A DNA stretch of 64,000 bases. Origin: Tricharina praecox. Taxonomy: Eukaryota. Under the pieces are notes generated by a model. That model had not been told where the DNA came from, ran no database searches, and saw only the letters and a list, made by a program, of their open reading frames with translations. A program made the translations under genes and the position numbers. The stretch covers positions 248,001 through 312,000 of the forward strand of contig NW_026250420.1 of assembly GCF_024521635.1 (NCBI RefSeq), given 5' to 3'. Shown here piece by piece: positions 13,979-26,418 of the stretch (position 1 is its first letter; each line of letters opens with the position of its first letter).

Positions 13979-14854
13979 GACACAAGCCCGTGAGCTAGGG
14001 TCCCAGGCAGCTGCCGTAGATCAGCTCAGCCATCCACAGTCCCGGCTGTTTTCCGTCCATTGTTTCCATTGCAGGAGCTGCCTCTTCGGCGGCATCTCGG
14101 AGATCGCGTCGACGGTCAACAGGAGCGCCGATGGTCGCTCGATATGTTTCGCGATGCTTCCTCTTGCTGCTCGCCCAATTCGACTCATCCCGAGACTCTG
14201 GCTCGTGGATCTCCAGACCACCCCGCCCAGGCAGCACAAATCTTCGGAACCGCCTGGTCGGTGAACTACCTGGGGACATTTCTCTCAATAAATTTCCGAC
14301 GTTTCCACGCCCTAAGGCCAAAAGCGGGCAAGTCCTCAGGGTCAGCACCGTCACGCACAGACTTCTGTTTCGCAGAGTAAGGAGTGTCATCGGGGGTTCG
14401 GCGCCCATAAGGAACTCCCAAGCGGGACTCACCCATCCCACACCGTGGCCCCATTTTTTTCTTCCAGGTCCACGGTTTAACCGATTCTTTGTATTGGTTG
14501 GTAAAATGCGAACAGCGTGCTAGAACGTGGGTTATCGCGGCAACCCGGCCCACTTACCAGCGGTCGAATAGAAATACCTATGCTATAAAATAGAGAGCTG
14601 CAGTAGGCTGGACACGGGGAGCCCCGCCGAACACCGAATTCAATCGCTGTCGTGGTGCGTGCTGCCTGTGTGCTCGTGCTTGTGCCTGTGTCTTCCTGTC
14701 CCGCTCCCTTAATATTAGTGTGCTGCACTTCCTGTTGCCAACACAGTATCCGTCACACACATCCCGGAATCTTCTCTCCCGCCGCGAGCGACGACGCCAT
14801 TCCTGAATACCGTCAAGCAGCACACCCCATCGAGCAGCTGGGAGTCATCGCAGA

Positions 14855-16480
14855 ATGAGCAGCAGGTACTCGACTCTGCCCGGCCCGTAAGACATTGTGA
14901 TTCTGACTGTGCACTCTCGGATGACAGCACTATCGATTTGGATGACACCAAATCGCTGGACAGTCTCTACACCGAGACCATCAACATCGGCGGCCGGGTG
15001 TACCAGCAACTAGCCCTGGATAGGGGATTGGGCTTCACGCCGATAGACGAGGTAACTGACCCTGATTGCCACCCATCGTTCGACGCTCTTGCATTGACGA
15101 TGCTCTGTCTAGGACGAGCGCGAGAGGCTGGACCAGCAGCACATGATTCTCCAGAAAGCGTTCGACCAGAGGCTCATATTTCCGCCGATCGAGAACCCGC
15201 AGAACATCTTGGACTGTGGCTATGGGTCTGCTGCTTGGGTTTGCGAGGTTGCCGAGCGATACCCACAGTGCGAGGTATGTATTCCCGGACTTGCTGATCC
15301 ACCGAAGAAGACCCCTTTCTGATCTCCTACAAAAGGTTATCGGCGTGGATATTTCTCCGCATATGAAGCCCGATGAGATCCCTCCGAATTTGTGGTTGCA
15401 GGTATGTATGCTCGACAACCGAGCGGATAAACAACTTTGAGCTGCATACTGACGGTTGTGCGCAAAGGTCGATGACTTGAACGAACCGTTCACATTCGCA
15501 TCGAACCAATTCGATCTGGTCCACTCCCAGCTTGTCGTCACCGGCATTAAAAAAGACCGTTGGCGCTCTTACATCAGAGATTGTGTGCGGTATGATCCCT
15601 TTCTCTTTCAATCGTTGTCTCCAGAATTTGCCACTGGCGCTGTGGAACATGAAATCCGTAGCGCGTCCCAATACCGACGCCACCCCCATCGCCGAGTGAT
15701 AGGACCGTGTCGGAGAGCCGGACGGATAGCCTTGTTCGATTGGCCGGTGTTGGGAGATGCGAGTCGCCTAGTGGACCGTTCACAATGAAACCCGTTGCCG
15801 AGTTTTCTGATGGATGCCTGGTATACTTTAGTGCTGACTCGTCTCTCTGGTAGTGTCACGAAACCGGGCGGCTGGCTTCAATTCGTCGAATGGTACACCA
15901 ACGTCCAATCCGACAACGGAAGTATGGGCGACGACCATGCCCTCCGGCAACTCAGCGGCCTCTACTTGAGGGCGTTGGATGACACGAGAGATATCCGGGT
16001 CCCTATGAAGTTGGGGACCATGATGCGCGAGGCTGGATTGGTGGAGGTCGACAGTCAAATGATTCAGTTGCCGGCGAATGGCTGGCCTTCAAGTGAGTAC
16101 AATCAGCCGCGCTCCCTTGCCTGGTTGGTTGAGAGCTGCTACTGACATCACCATCCGCCAACACTCGCTCGGTCCGTTCGATAGAAGAAAAGTGCTGATC
16201 CGTGAACGTTGCAGCCGAACGCGAACGTGAAATCGGAAATATGAACAATGTACTGTACAAGGAGGGACTCGGAGCCCAGTGCAACTACCTGCTCCACGAG
16301 TACCTGAACATGGATATGCCAGAAATCCATGTCCTCGTTGCGAAGGCGAGGCAAGATCTCGACAATCTGGCTTTGAAGCCTTATATTGGCTTGTGAGTCC
16401 CAATTCTATCAAACGACGAGCGGACAGTTGACTGACAAACTCCAAGATACGTCGCCATCGGCCGCAAACCGAATTCTTAA
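14855..16480 (+). CDS. llmF: LaeA-like SAM-dependent methyltransferase, LlmF-like (311 aa); exons 14855-14865, 14928-15051, 15113-15274, 15336-15401, 15468-15589, 15854-16092, 16215-16392, 16447-16480
   Basis: Spliced product PIDE-DERERLDQQH..FDQRLIFPP..ILDCGYGSAAW..VIGVDISPHM.PDEIPPNLWLQVDDLN.PFTF.SNQFDLVHS..KPGGWLQFVE..NVQSDNGS..YVAIGRKP. Exons total 936 nt in frame. The llmF assignment rests on recalled similarity to Aspergillus LlmF. Confidence 0.85.
15631..15784 (+). ncRNA. Candidate structured RNA element in intron 5 of the llmF-like gene
   Basis: Nested helices: 15631-39/15765-74, 15637-46/15655-64, 15666-76/15745-55, 15679-82/15741-44, plus two inner hairpins. Confidence 0.45.
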
Positions 16481-19400
16481 CAAGTGCAAGTCCCGAACAG
16501 TTTCCGGACTTGCACTTGTTAAGAATAAACCGGATCGTGGAGATGGCAGATTCAGCAGACGATATTCATCCAAGTGGTTGAAACTTCGAGAATCGAGTCA
16601 TGCGATCGGGATGTGACGAATCTTGCTTTTGCGCGCGTGTATTGTTTCATTTTTTCCTTGGAGCGACTGTGCGTGTTATTGTCTGTTTTATTGCGCTGTC
16701 TGATAACTGCAGCAGCTCCCCGGGAAATTCATAAAACTCTCGATAATTGCCCCCCTAGTGGCGTGAGTTGTGATCATCGGTGCAAATGTACTAGGCTCTT
16801 CTCCTCCGTATCGTTGCTGATCAGGTCCATAGTGTCATTTCTTTCTTTTCGTTTCCGTCTGAATGAATTGGTTCGCTGGACGTAAAACATCGGAGGGTCA
16901 TGCCGAAACATTGTCTCCCATGAAAGAAAATTCGTCGCAGTAAAACGGAGTAGGAGGCGGCTAACGGAGCCCTTCGTTGCCAATATGGCCAGTCATCGTT
17001 GACATAGCTACGGCACTAGAAAGGGCGGCAACATAGACTATCACTCTGAGTTGGGTGGCACAAGACCCGGGGACGTCGGCGTCAACGGTCAATCCCGATG
17101 GCTAGCGTTTGGAGAGGTCCGGCTGACTGTGCTCAGAAACCAACAAGGATGCTGGCGTGGTGTGTTGTCGTTGGGCTGCGTGGACGCATCCCGTCCACTT
17201 GATGCCGACATGCTCTGCAACGGCGATTGGACGGCATCGAAAACTCTGCCTGCGAGAAACGACGATCAGAAGCGGCCACGGATGTGTACTGTACATAAGA
17301 GTCGCACTTACCGTTATGTGCATGATCGAGGAACGGTTGAGGGATCTCCGTTGTCTTTCGACGACGCAGATCTCATCTGCGTAAAGGCGGCTAGAGGGCT
17401 GGAGACGAGCGCAGCAGAACTGCCGTCAAAGCAAGCGATGTCCTTGACGCACTACTCGTTGCCCATTAGCCGAAAGACGGTCACGTGCAGAGGGAAACAA
17501 GCGGGAAACAAAAGCACGCACGGGCCTTCAGTCGCGGACCACACGGCAACCAACTGGGAAACACGCTTTAGGCGAACGGTGCGGGGGAGAGAGGGAAGGG
17601 GGGAGGGCGTGGGTGAGTCTGTGGGTGTTGAGGCTGGAGACCATAAGGGGGCATCTGGGTGGAAGGAAGGAAAGGGCAACCGCCGATTCTTAAGAGGATG
17701 AGCCAACTGCCATCGTGAACTGGACTGCAGCTTGGTCGGAGAATCTAGCGGGACTGGTACCCCTACAGAAACCCAAACAGGTTTGCTGGAACAGGGACGG
17801 AAGGACAGGACAGGCAGGCAGGCAGGCAGGACAACTCACGGCTTCTCGCTCTGCAGGTCGACTGCACCGCACCGCACCGCAGCACGTCCACGCCCAGCTT
17901 CCGAAGCCCCCTTATTTACTCTCTAAAGGAGGGTTTCCTATCGGCGGCGAGCGGCGGCGGCGGCGGACGCAAATGGCGCACAGTCGCTTCTTGTTGGTCT
18001 TGTCCACGGCAGGAGATGTGCATGTCGTCGGAAGGGGGCTCGTTTGGACATGAGGTGAGGGAGAGGAAAGGCTTGCCAGGCTAACTAGCGGACACCGGAC
18101 AACGGCGGGTCAACAGCGCTCACGGTGTCTGTCCGGGGATGCGCAACATTAGCCCAACTGGCCTTGGCCATGGGTTCTTGGTTGCGATTATCGACTCTGG
18201 CACCTGCCTCGGCATCCAAAGAAGTTTTCCCGAACGTTGGTACACACATACGGCTCGATAATGTTGCAATTATTGGCTGTGAATGCGGCTCGCTCGAGTT
18301 GGTCCGGTTGCTATGGGTTTCCGGTCCAACATTGCTGTCCGTGGGGACAAATGTAGGGGCTTGCTTACTTGGTTACTCTGCTGTGCTTGGTATGTCCGGT
18401 GTGACCCCGAAGGTCAACGCCGACAGCTTAGAAATATAGAGACATGCTATGTGTGTGTGTATCTGCATACCCCCCCGTCGTACCAGACACATCGTCCCAG
18501 CACAGTGGCTTTCGGATCCGTCGGGATCGAATCAGATGCGCTCATCCGGTGTGTACATACACACGTTCTGCAGATACCCCTCAACCCAGGCGCCTCCACC
18601 ACCGACACATGTATATTATGGTACATGTACGTACGCACATACGTGCGTCCACGGATCAAACCTCTGCAGCATTGGATTTTCGGGACGAGAACGCCCGACA
18701 CCAGACAGCGGACAACGACAATCCACCACATCATCCCTTTCAGTTGTAGCCCCCGCCCCCAGCCCGACCAACTTCATTCGGATGACTGTTGTGGCTGCCC
18801 AGAATATGCACTTATCCATCGATAAACGCCCGGCTTGGCCGATAGGTGCTATGCGGGTGCGGGTGACTTACTCCAGTGTGCTTTCTTCTGCCTTTCCGTC
18901 AGCATCTTCTCCTCGGTGTCGGTTCATCAAGTCCGTGGGTGCATAGAGAAAGCGGTCGCACGTTCGGTGTTTCCGAAAGATGGGGGGGCACCGATCGGGT
19001 TGGCCGTTGAGCAGCGGGCGCAGGACATCCCGCAACCTTGATGATCATGACTCACGAGTGCCACCTGACATCTTGGCCGCTGGCGTTAGTTACTCTCCAT
19101 AACACCGTTGAAAGCTTGTTGTGTGGGTGGGTGGCCGTGGGGAATCTGGAGACCTTCGGCCATGCAATGCCGCACTTGCGCACAGACATCACCGATCCCG
19201 AGCAGCAGCAGCTCGATATGGAAATTAATTTGGATTCCCCAACGAAGATGCCCGCTACTACTCCATACCGCGGCCATCTGTTGGTGGAAGCCCTGGCCCT
19301 ACATACCATACGCCCTCTTCTACAGTCCCCTATCCCTCACCGGGATCGCTTCGATCCTTGACTCGCGGCAATTTCATCTTTAGAAAGCGGAAGGGATTTG

Positions 19401-22400
19401 CCTGCATTGCTCTCAGGTCATTGGCGCGAGGCAAGTTATTTATGCCGCATATGGACCGTGTTGCATGCTCGACGCATGCGCTTGCCGCCAGTCAGAAGCT
19501 AAGCACGTACTCACTCCATAGCAAATATTATCAACCAGCCGGAAAGTCCTGTGTACTAGTAGTCCGGACGGATACATAGGCCACCAACCACCTCGGCGGC
19601 CCGCTAGTGTCTAACGTGCCTGCCTGGCTGCCTACTTCATGTCGAAACTTCGCAACAGCCGCGAGCTAGGTATGTGTTCTAGTCTACATATACGCTGACG
19701 GGCCATGGCCACGATTTGGTCACGGTCGGATTGAACACACGGCTTGCCAACTCACCAGCCGTACCATCTCGGCATCGAAACTTCTGATAGCATCGGAGCA
19801 CCAGTGTGGGATCGTATTGGTGATTCGTTCGTTATCACTGAGGGAGTTGTTGGCGCATGAATACCGGTATCCTATTCTAAGACGCACGGGATGACCGCCG
19901 AACAGGTTCACAGAACCTATGCAGTACCCGTGGCCACGAATACAACAGATCAGCATGGACGGCACTCCGTCTCTGGAATCCCTCTCCTGGCTGTATGGCT
20001 CTCTCTCTCCTTGCTTCTTTACCTATACCGCCTTACTACCGATAGGTACGTACCTGTATGTATGTGCCCCTATATTCCTTGCAGAACCTTTGGTATCGTC
20101 AAAAGGGCCAATCTAGCTAGCACATTCACGAAGCTGTCGGCGTGGTGCCAGGAGTACGCGCCATAGGTTGGCCGGAGCGGAGGAGCGTCTTTCTACATAC
20201 TGTCTGATTGTCCTATTATTTCTTTGCCTTCACCGGCTTACCCGCTTTCCCGAGACATTAACTGTCCATGGACCATGGGTATAGGACGGATCTGAGACCT
20301 ACATACCTGCTTGGTTACTTTTCCGCAGCGGTACGGAAATCACCACTAGTACCATGGAGCTGATGGCCGCCCTCTCAGACTCGCAGCTCCTGCTGCCGCT
20401 GCCGTCGCCGTCGCCCATGGTTACTGTTATGTACTGCGTGTCATGCATGGCAGCATGGCAGCATGGCTCCATCGGTGGATACGGTACCCAGCCAGTTCCC
20501 TGTTTTCCAGGCCTGATATCATCAACCGATCAATACGGACAAAGAAAGAGCCGGCCTATAAGCCACGGCATGGCCCGCCCCATGCCGGTATGTCATTGTC
20601 TTCCGTTAGAAAAATAATAATCTGAAGCGTACCTATCATCTCTGGTACATGGCCTTGATTGGAGTCGGGTACTGTTCCGGGCCCGGCCCGGATCTGTCCG
20701 CTTCTTGATACCTAAGTGCCTGCGGCGTAGGTGGCTCGTCGGCATGGCTGCGGCGTGGGTTATCGGCATCTTTGCCGGCATGGTTGGTCGGTATGTATGG
20801 ACATGGGAAGTGCCTGATCAATGGATGTATGATAATCATGATCCCCCCAAAGGTCAGCATTATTCACGTGCCGGGATTGACTGCATACCCACTGAACTGT
20901 GCCACCTCGAGGTAGAGTGATGTCCATAGCAACCCGAAATCCCCTCGGATCTCTGTCGTTTGGTTTCGGGGAGTGGCCGCACTGGCGGAAAGGCCGTACC
21001 GGTACTCCACTCCCCGGCATGGGTGTGCGGCGGACATACGGTAGCTATCCTGCTGACGCATACTAGTGGGTTTTGGTGAGTAGGACTGATGAATTTGTGT
21101 GTAGGTTTGCAGCATGCCCTCACAAATTACTTACATAACACTGCCAACTCTGGGAGTATATACGCTTAACATCATCATGACAAAGCAATAACACGATGTT
21201 TTTTTACTTCCGCATAGGTGCCACGTCTTTTCACCAACCACGTCCATAACGGCTCCTCTAAAATCTCGATACAGTATCTAGGCATGTAGGTGTCCAAGGT
21301 CCCGAGAATAATGCACTTTACTAATATGTGTAAATCACTGTGATGGTCCGTGCATGGCTTACGGAAGGAAGCCACATTCGTGGCTCAGTGACTCAGCCGC
21401 CACCAGCACCCACTAGGTAGTATTCCGGAGAAGTGATCCGCAGCCTTCCCTGTTTTATAAGGCTTTGAACCAGGGTGCGGGGGTCATCACACCGCCGCGG
21501 CTCATGCAAAGTGTTACAAAAAAACAAAAATAAAGACAAAAACGAGGCGTCACCGACATCGACACCACCTTATGTATAATGCAGCCCATAGATACCGTAC
21601 TTTACGTCGACACGGCCCGTAACATGTATGTGCCCTACATAATACTCTAGCATTCGGGTATCCGCGCACTCACACGTTACGCGCCCATTTCAAAATGCTT
21701 TAAATATCTGCCACCTTTTCAATCTCAACCCGGAATCTCCAACCGACCTCTCACCGACTTTCCACCTTATCTAGTGCATCGCCGTACCTACATATCTCCA
21801 AGTCCAAGTGACGATTCTCGCCTCGATGTCTGCGCCAGCCAGCCGTGGTGTAGGTACTCTACTACCTAGTACGGCATTTGAATATCAAAACTGCCTCATG
21901 GATTGTCACTTGTATGTACCTAGCATACCTACGGTTGATATTATGCGTCCTATTGCCTGTGGTCGGTGCCGCATCGGACTGGTCGGTCCCGGGGGGTTTT
22001 CTACCTCGACTGGCCAGGGCGGACACGAAACGGAGCTCGTGGGCTCGCCACAGTGACTTTTCTCAGTCCCTTCACATCGTTGCATACAGTCTTCATAGCC
22101 TTCGTAACTTCTTAGTATTGTCCCTGGCATCCCACCAGAATAAGCCTCCTCAAGCCCCCAGTCCGAGTCTGGCGACGGCTAGTTATCGTCCCATCCTCAG
22201 TCTGATGCTTCATCCCGTTGTTTACACGAGCTCGTTTGCCTTTATAAGCAGTCTCCTTTTTGATCTTTCCCGTATAATTACTCCAATTAAGTCAAGTTCT
22301 GCTCTCAGTTTCAACACCTACATACGAGTAGTTGTGTGATGCGCGACCTCCGGCGGCCTACAGCCCGCGGATGTGCGCACAAAGTGCAGTTTTTGGCTCT

Positions 22401-23053
22401 CCAGAGTCCATGTGGCGGCTGGCGCTTGTCCTGTAAAATTTAAAGTTGTACTAGGCGGCGTAAAACGCAATGTAAGGCGCGAGAGTTTGGAAACAGCCAC
22501 GATGGGAACTTGAAAATGCAAGAGAGAGAGAGAGAGAGGCGGGTGGGTTTCTTTTCTTCCTGATGTTTGGTAATTTGACCGGTGCTATTCAGATTCGTTG
22601 GCAGCTGCCTTTGGATGGGATCTGGAGCGCGTCGTCACGACGATTACCCTCGGTCGTCGTATGCCCTCAACTCGTAGTTATCCCCGTTACGCGGGATAAT
22701 AAGCTAGGGCTCCACTACTGGTAGTAGCCGCAGGATGGTTTTTCGTGGTCGAGCTATATCATGTGGCGTCACTCGCGGAAAGTTCATCTCGAGCACGTGG
22801 TATGAACCATGATTACTCACTCGTTGCGGCTAAAAGTCTTTGCATAGCGCCTTGGCGCAGACAAAGTTTCTGATCTCAACTGAACCTTTTTCCTTTCGCT
22901 ATCACTTGGTTCCTGACCACTAACACCCACAACCACAACCACAAACAAAACCACCACCGCCGCTGAGATCACCACTTCTACTGCACGCGAATCTTTTCTT
23001 CAGCGCACTGTTTCTGCCATATACCCTTTACTTGATACTTGATTACATTCGCA

Positions 23054-24493
<1,440 letters not shown>

Positions 24494-24865
24494 TTCCTGT
24501 GCCTTACACTCTCGTCATTCTTGCATTTTTCGACTTCCTGGAGATTTGTACTTTTTTTACTTCTTTTTGCATATGGCGTTTCTGAGCGAATTTCACTGTT
24601 TCTGCTGGCTTACATAAATTGATTTGCCTTAATTGATTGTTTTTGTCTGAGCCCTCGCAATTCACGGATCTTCGTGATATGTGTACGTGAGTGAAAATCG
24701 TGTGCGACACATGCCAATCCAACCGCACTACATACACCGGCACGGAAGGACGTTGCCACGGTGTTGACACTTGGCGCCAACCCTTCCCTGTCCAAAGTGT
24801 TGAGAATTAGAGTATCTACTGGCGTTTTACTTTTGTTCTTCGTTCTCTTCCATTGATCTTCAGTC

Positions 24866-25948
24866 ATGTCGGTTCAAGAACTTTACGCCCGCCTCAACGG
24901 CCTCGTCGGTGATTGCACCCTTCACACTCTCGCCTTCTTCGGTGCTGCCACTCTCGTCATCTCGCTCCTCAAGCTGTCCAATGCTTTCCTGTCGTTGTTC
25001 GTCCTCAGCGGAACCAACGTAAGTCTCCGATTGATTAACCTCGCCAACGATTGACGAGCTAACGCGTCGGATAAACAGCTGCGAAAGTATGGACCCAAAG
25101 GTTCCTGGGCGTTGATCACCGGAGCGTCGGACGGTATCGGCAAGGAGTTTGCACTCCAGTTCGCTCAGAAAGGCTTCAACATTGTCCTCGTTTCTCGCAC
25201 CGCCTCCAAGCTCGATGCCCTCGCTACCGAGATATCCTCCAAGTTCGCTGGCGTGCAAACCAAGACCCTCGCCATGGACTTTGCGAAGGACTCTGCCGCC
25301 GACTACAAGCGCTTGGCCGAACTCGTCGAAGGGTTGGACATCGCAGTCCTTGTCAACAACGTCGGCAAGAGCCACGACATGCCCGTGCCTTTTCTCGAGA
25401 CCGAAGACGTCGAGATGGAAGACATCATCACCATCAACGTCAAGGGAACTCTCAAGGTCACCAAGGTCGTCGCTCCCGGCATGGTTGCGCGTCGCCGCGG
25501 CCTGATCCTCACCATGGGCTCCTTCGGCGGTTTCCTCCCGACTCCTCTCCTGGCCACCTACTCTGGCTCCAAGGCATTCCTGCAGCACTGGTCCACCGCG
25601 CTCGGTGCCGAGCTCAAGCCCCACGGTGTCGAGACTCAGCTCGTCATCGGATACCTGATCACCAGCGCGATGAGCAAGATTCGCAAGTCGAGCATGATGA
25701 TTCCCAACCCCAAGCAGTTCGTCAAGGCTACTCTCGGAAAGATCGGACTCAAGGGCACTGCTGGTGGTATGGCGGGTACCATGACGCCGTTCTGGAGCCA
25801 CGGTGTCATGCATTGGGCTATTCAAGAGTTTTTGGGTGTTTGGAACGGAATCGTGTTGGCCAAGAACAGGGATATGCACGCCAGCATCCGCAAGAGGGCT
25901 CTGAGAAAGAAGGAACGCGAGGCGGCCGGTGTTAAGAAGGCCACCTAA
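24866..25948 (+). CDS. IFA38: Very-long-chain 3-oxoacyl-CoA reductase (SDR family); intron 25019-25078
   Basis: [41 protein letters not shown] catalytic motif, N-terminal hydrophobic segment and C-terminal KKAT ER-retrieval signal. Confidence 0.95.
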
Positions 25949-26418
25949 GTTGGAGAATCATGTTGAGAGTGGGAGGGTGCGGACAAAATCACAATAAAAG
26001 CTAGAAGATTCCTGACTGCATTGTATTCTCCTGTGATTCAAACAATTTATCGTAGATTTTCAGTCCATTGTACATGGGTAATATAAAATGGTCACCCTGC
26101 ACGAAATATGTGACGAAATGCTCAAGTGTCTCCGTGGTCTCTTGTCGCGACAAGCCTCCAGCAGAGCCTCATTCTAACCATTCTGCCAAGCCAGCGCGTT
26201 GACGCCCATCCGAAAACATCGCGAATCCACAACTTGACCTACAACACTAACAACAACAAAGTCGTAACTCCAAACCCACTCCTCCTCCTCCACTTCCCAT
26301 TACATACTTCTCCCCCTCATCACTATCGCTAAACTCTGCTTCCCGGACTACTTTTCGAATCGCGACCGAAATCCCCATCCATTCGACACGACTGCTTGCC
26401 TGTCAACGTCACCTAGGC

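Noticed and set aside
13704..13983. Poly-Thr, poly-His and poly-Gly ORFs
   Set aside because: Translations of a (GGT)n low-complexity tract.
15786..15813. Hammerhead-like words GAAA...CTGATGG
   Set aside because: The core is not CUGANGA and there is no room for stem I.
15625..15820. Cassette exon or stwintron inside llmF intron 5
   Set aside because: The flanking sub-introns would be only about 33-35 nt, and removing the first recreates no donor site.
24860..25879. 339-aa minus-strand ORF
   Set aside because: Antisense shadow of the codon-biased IFA38 gene.
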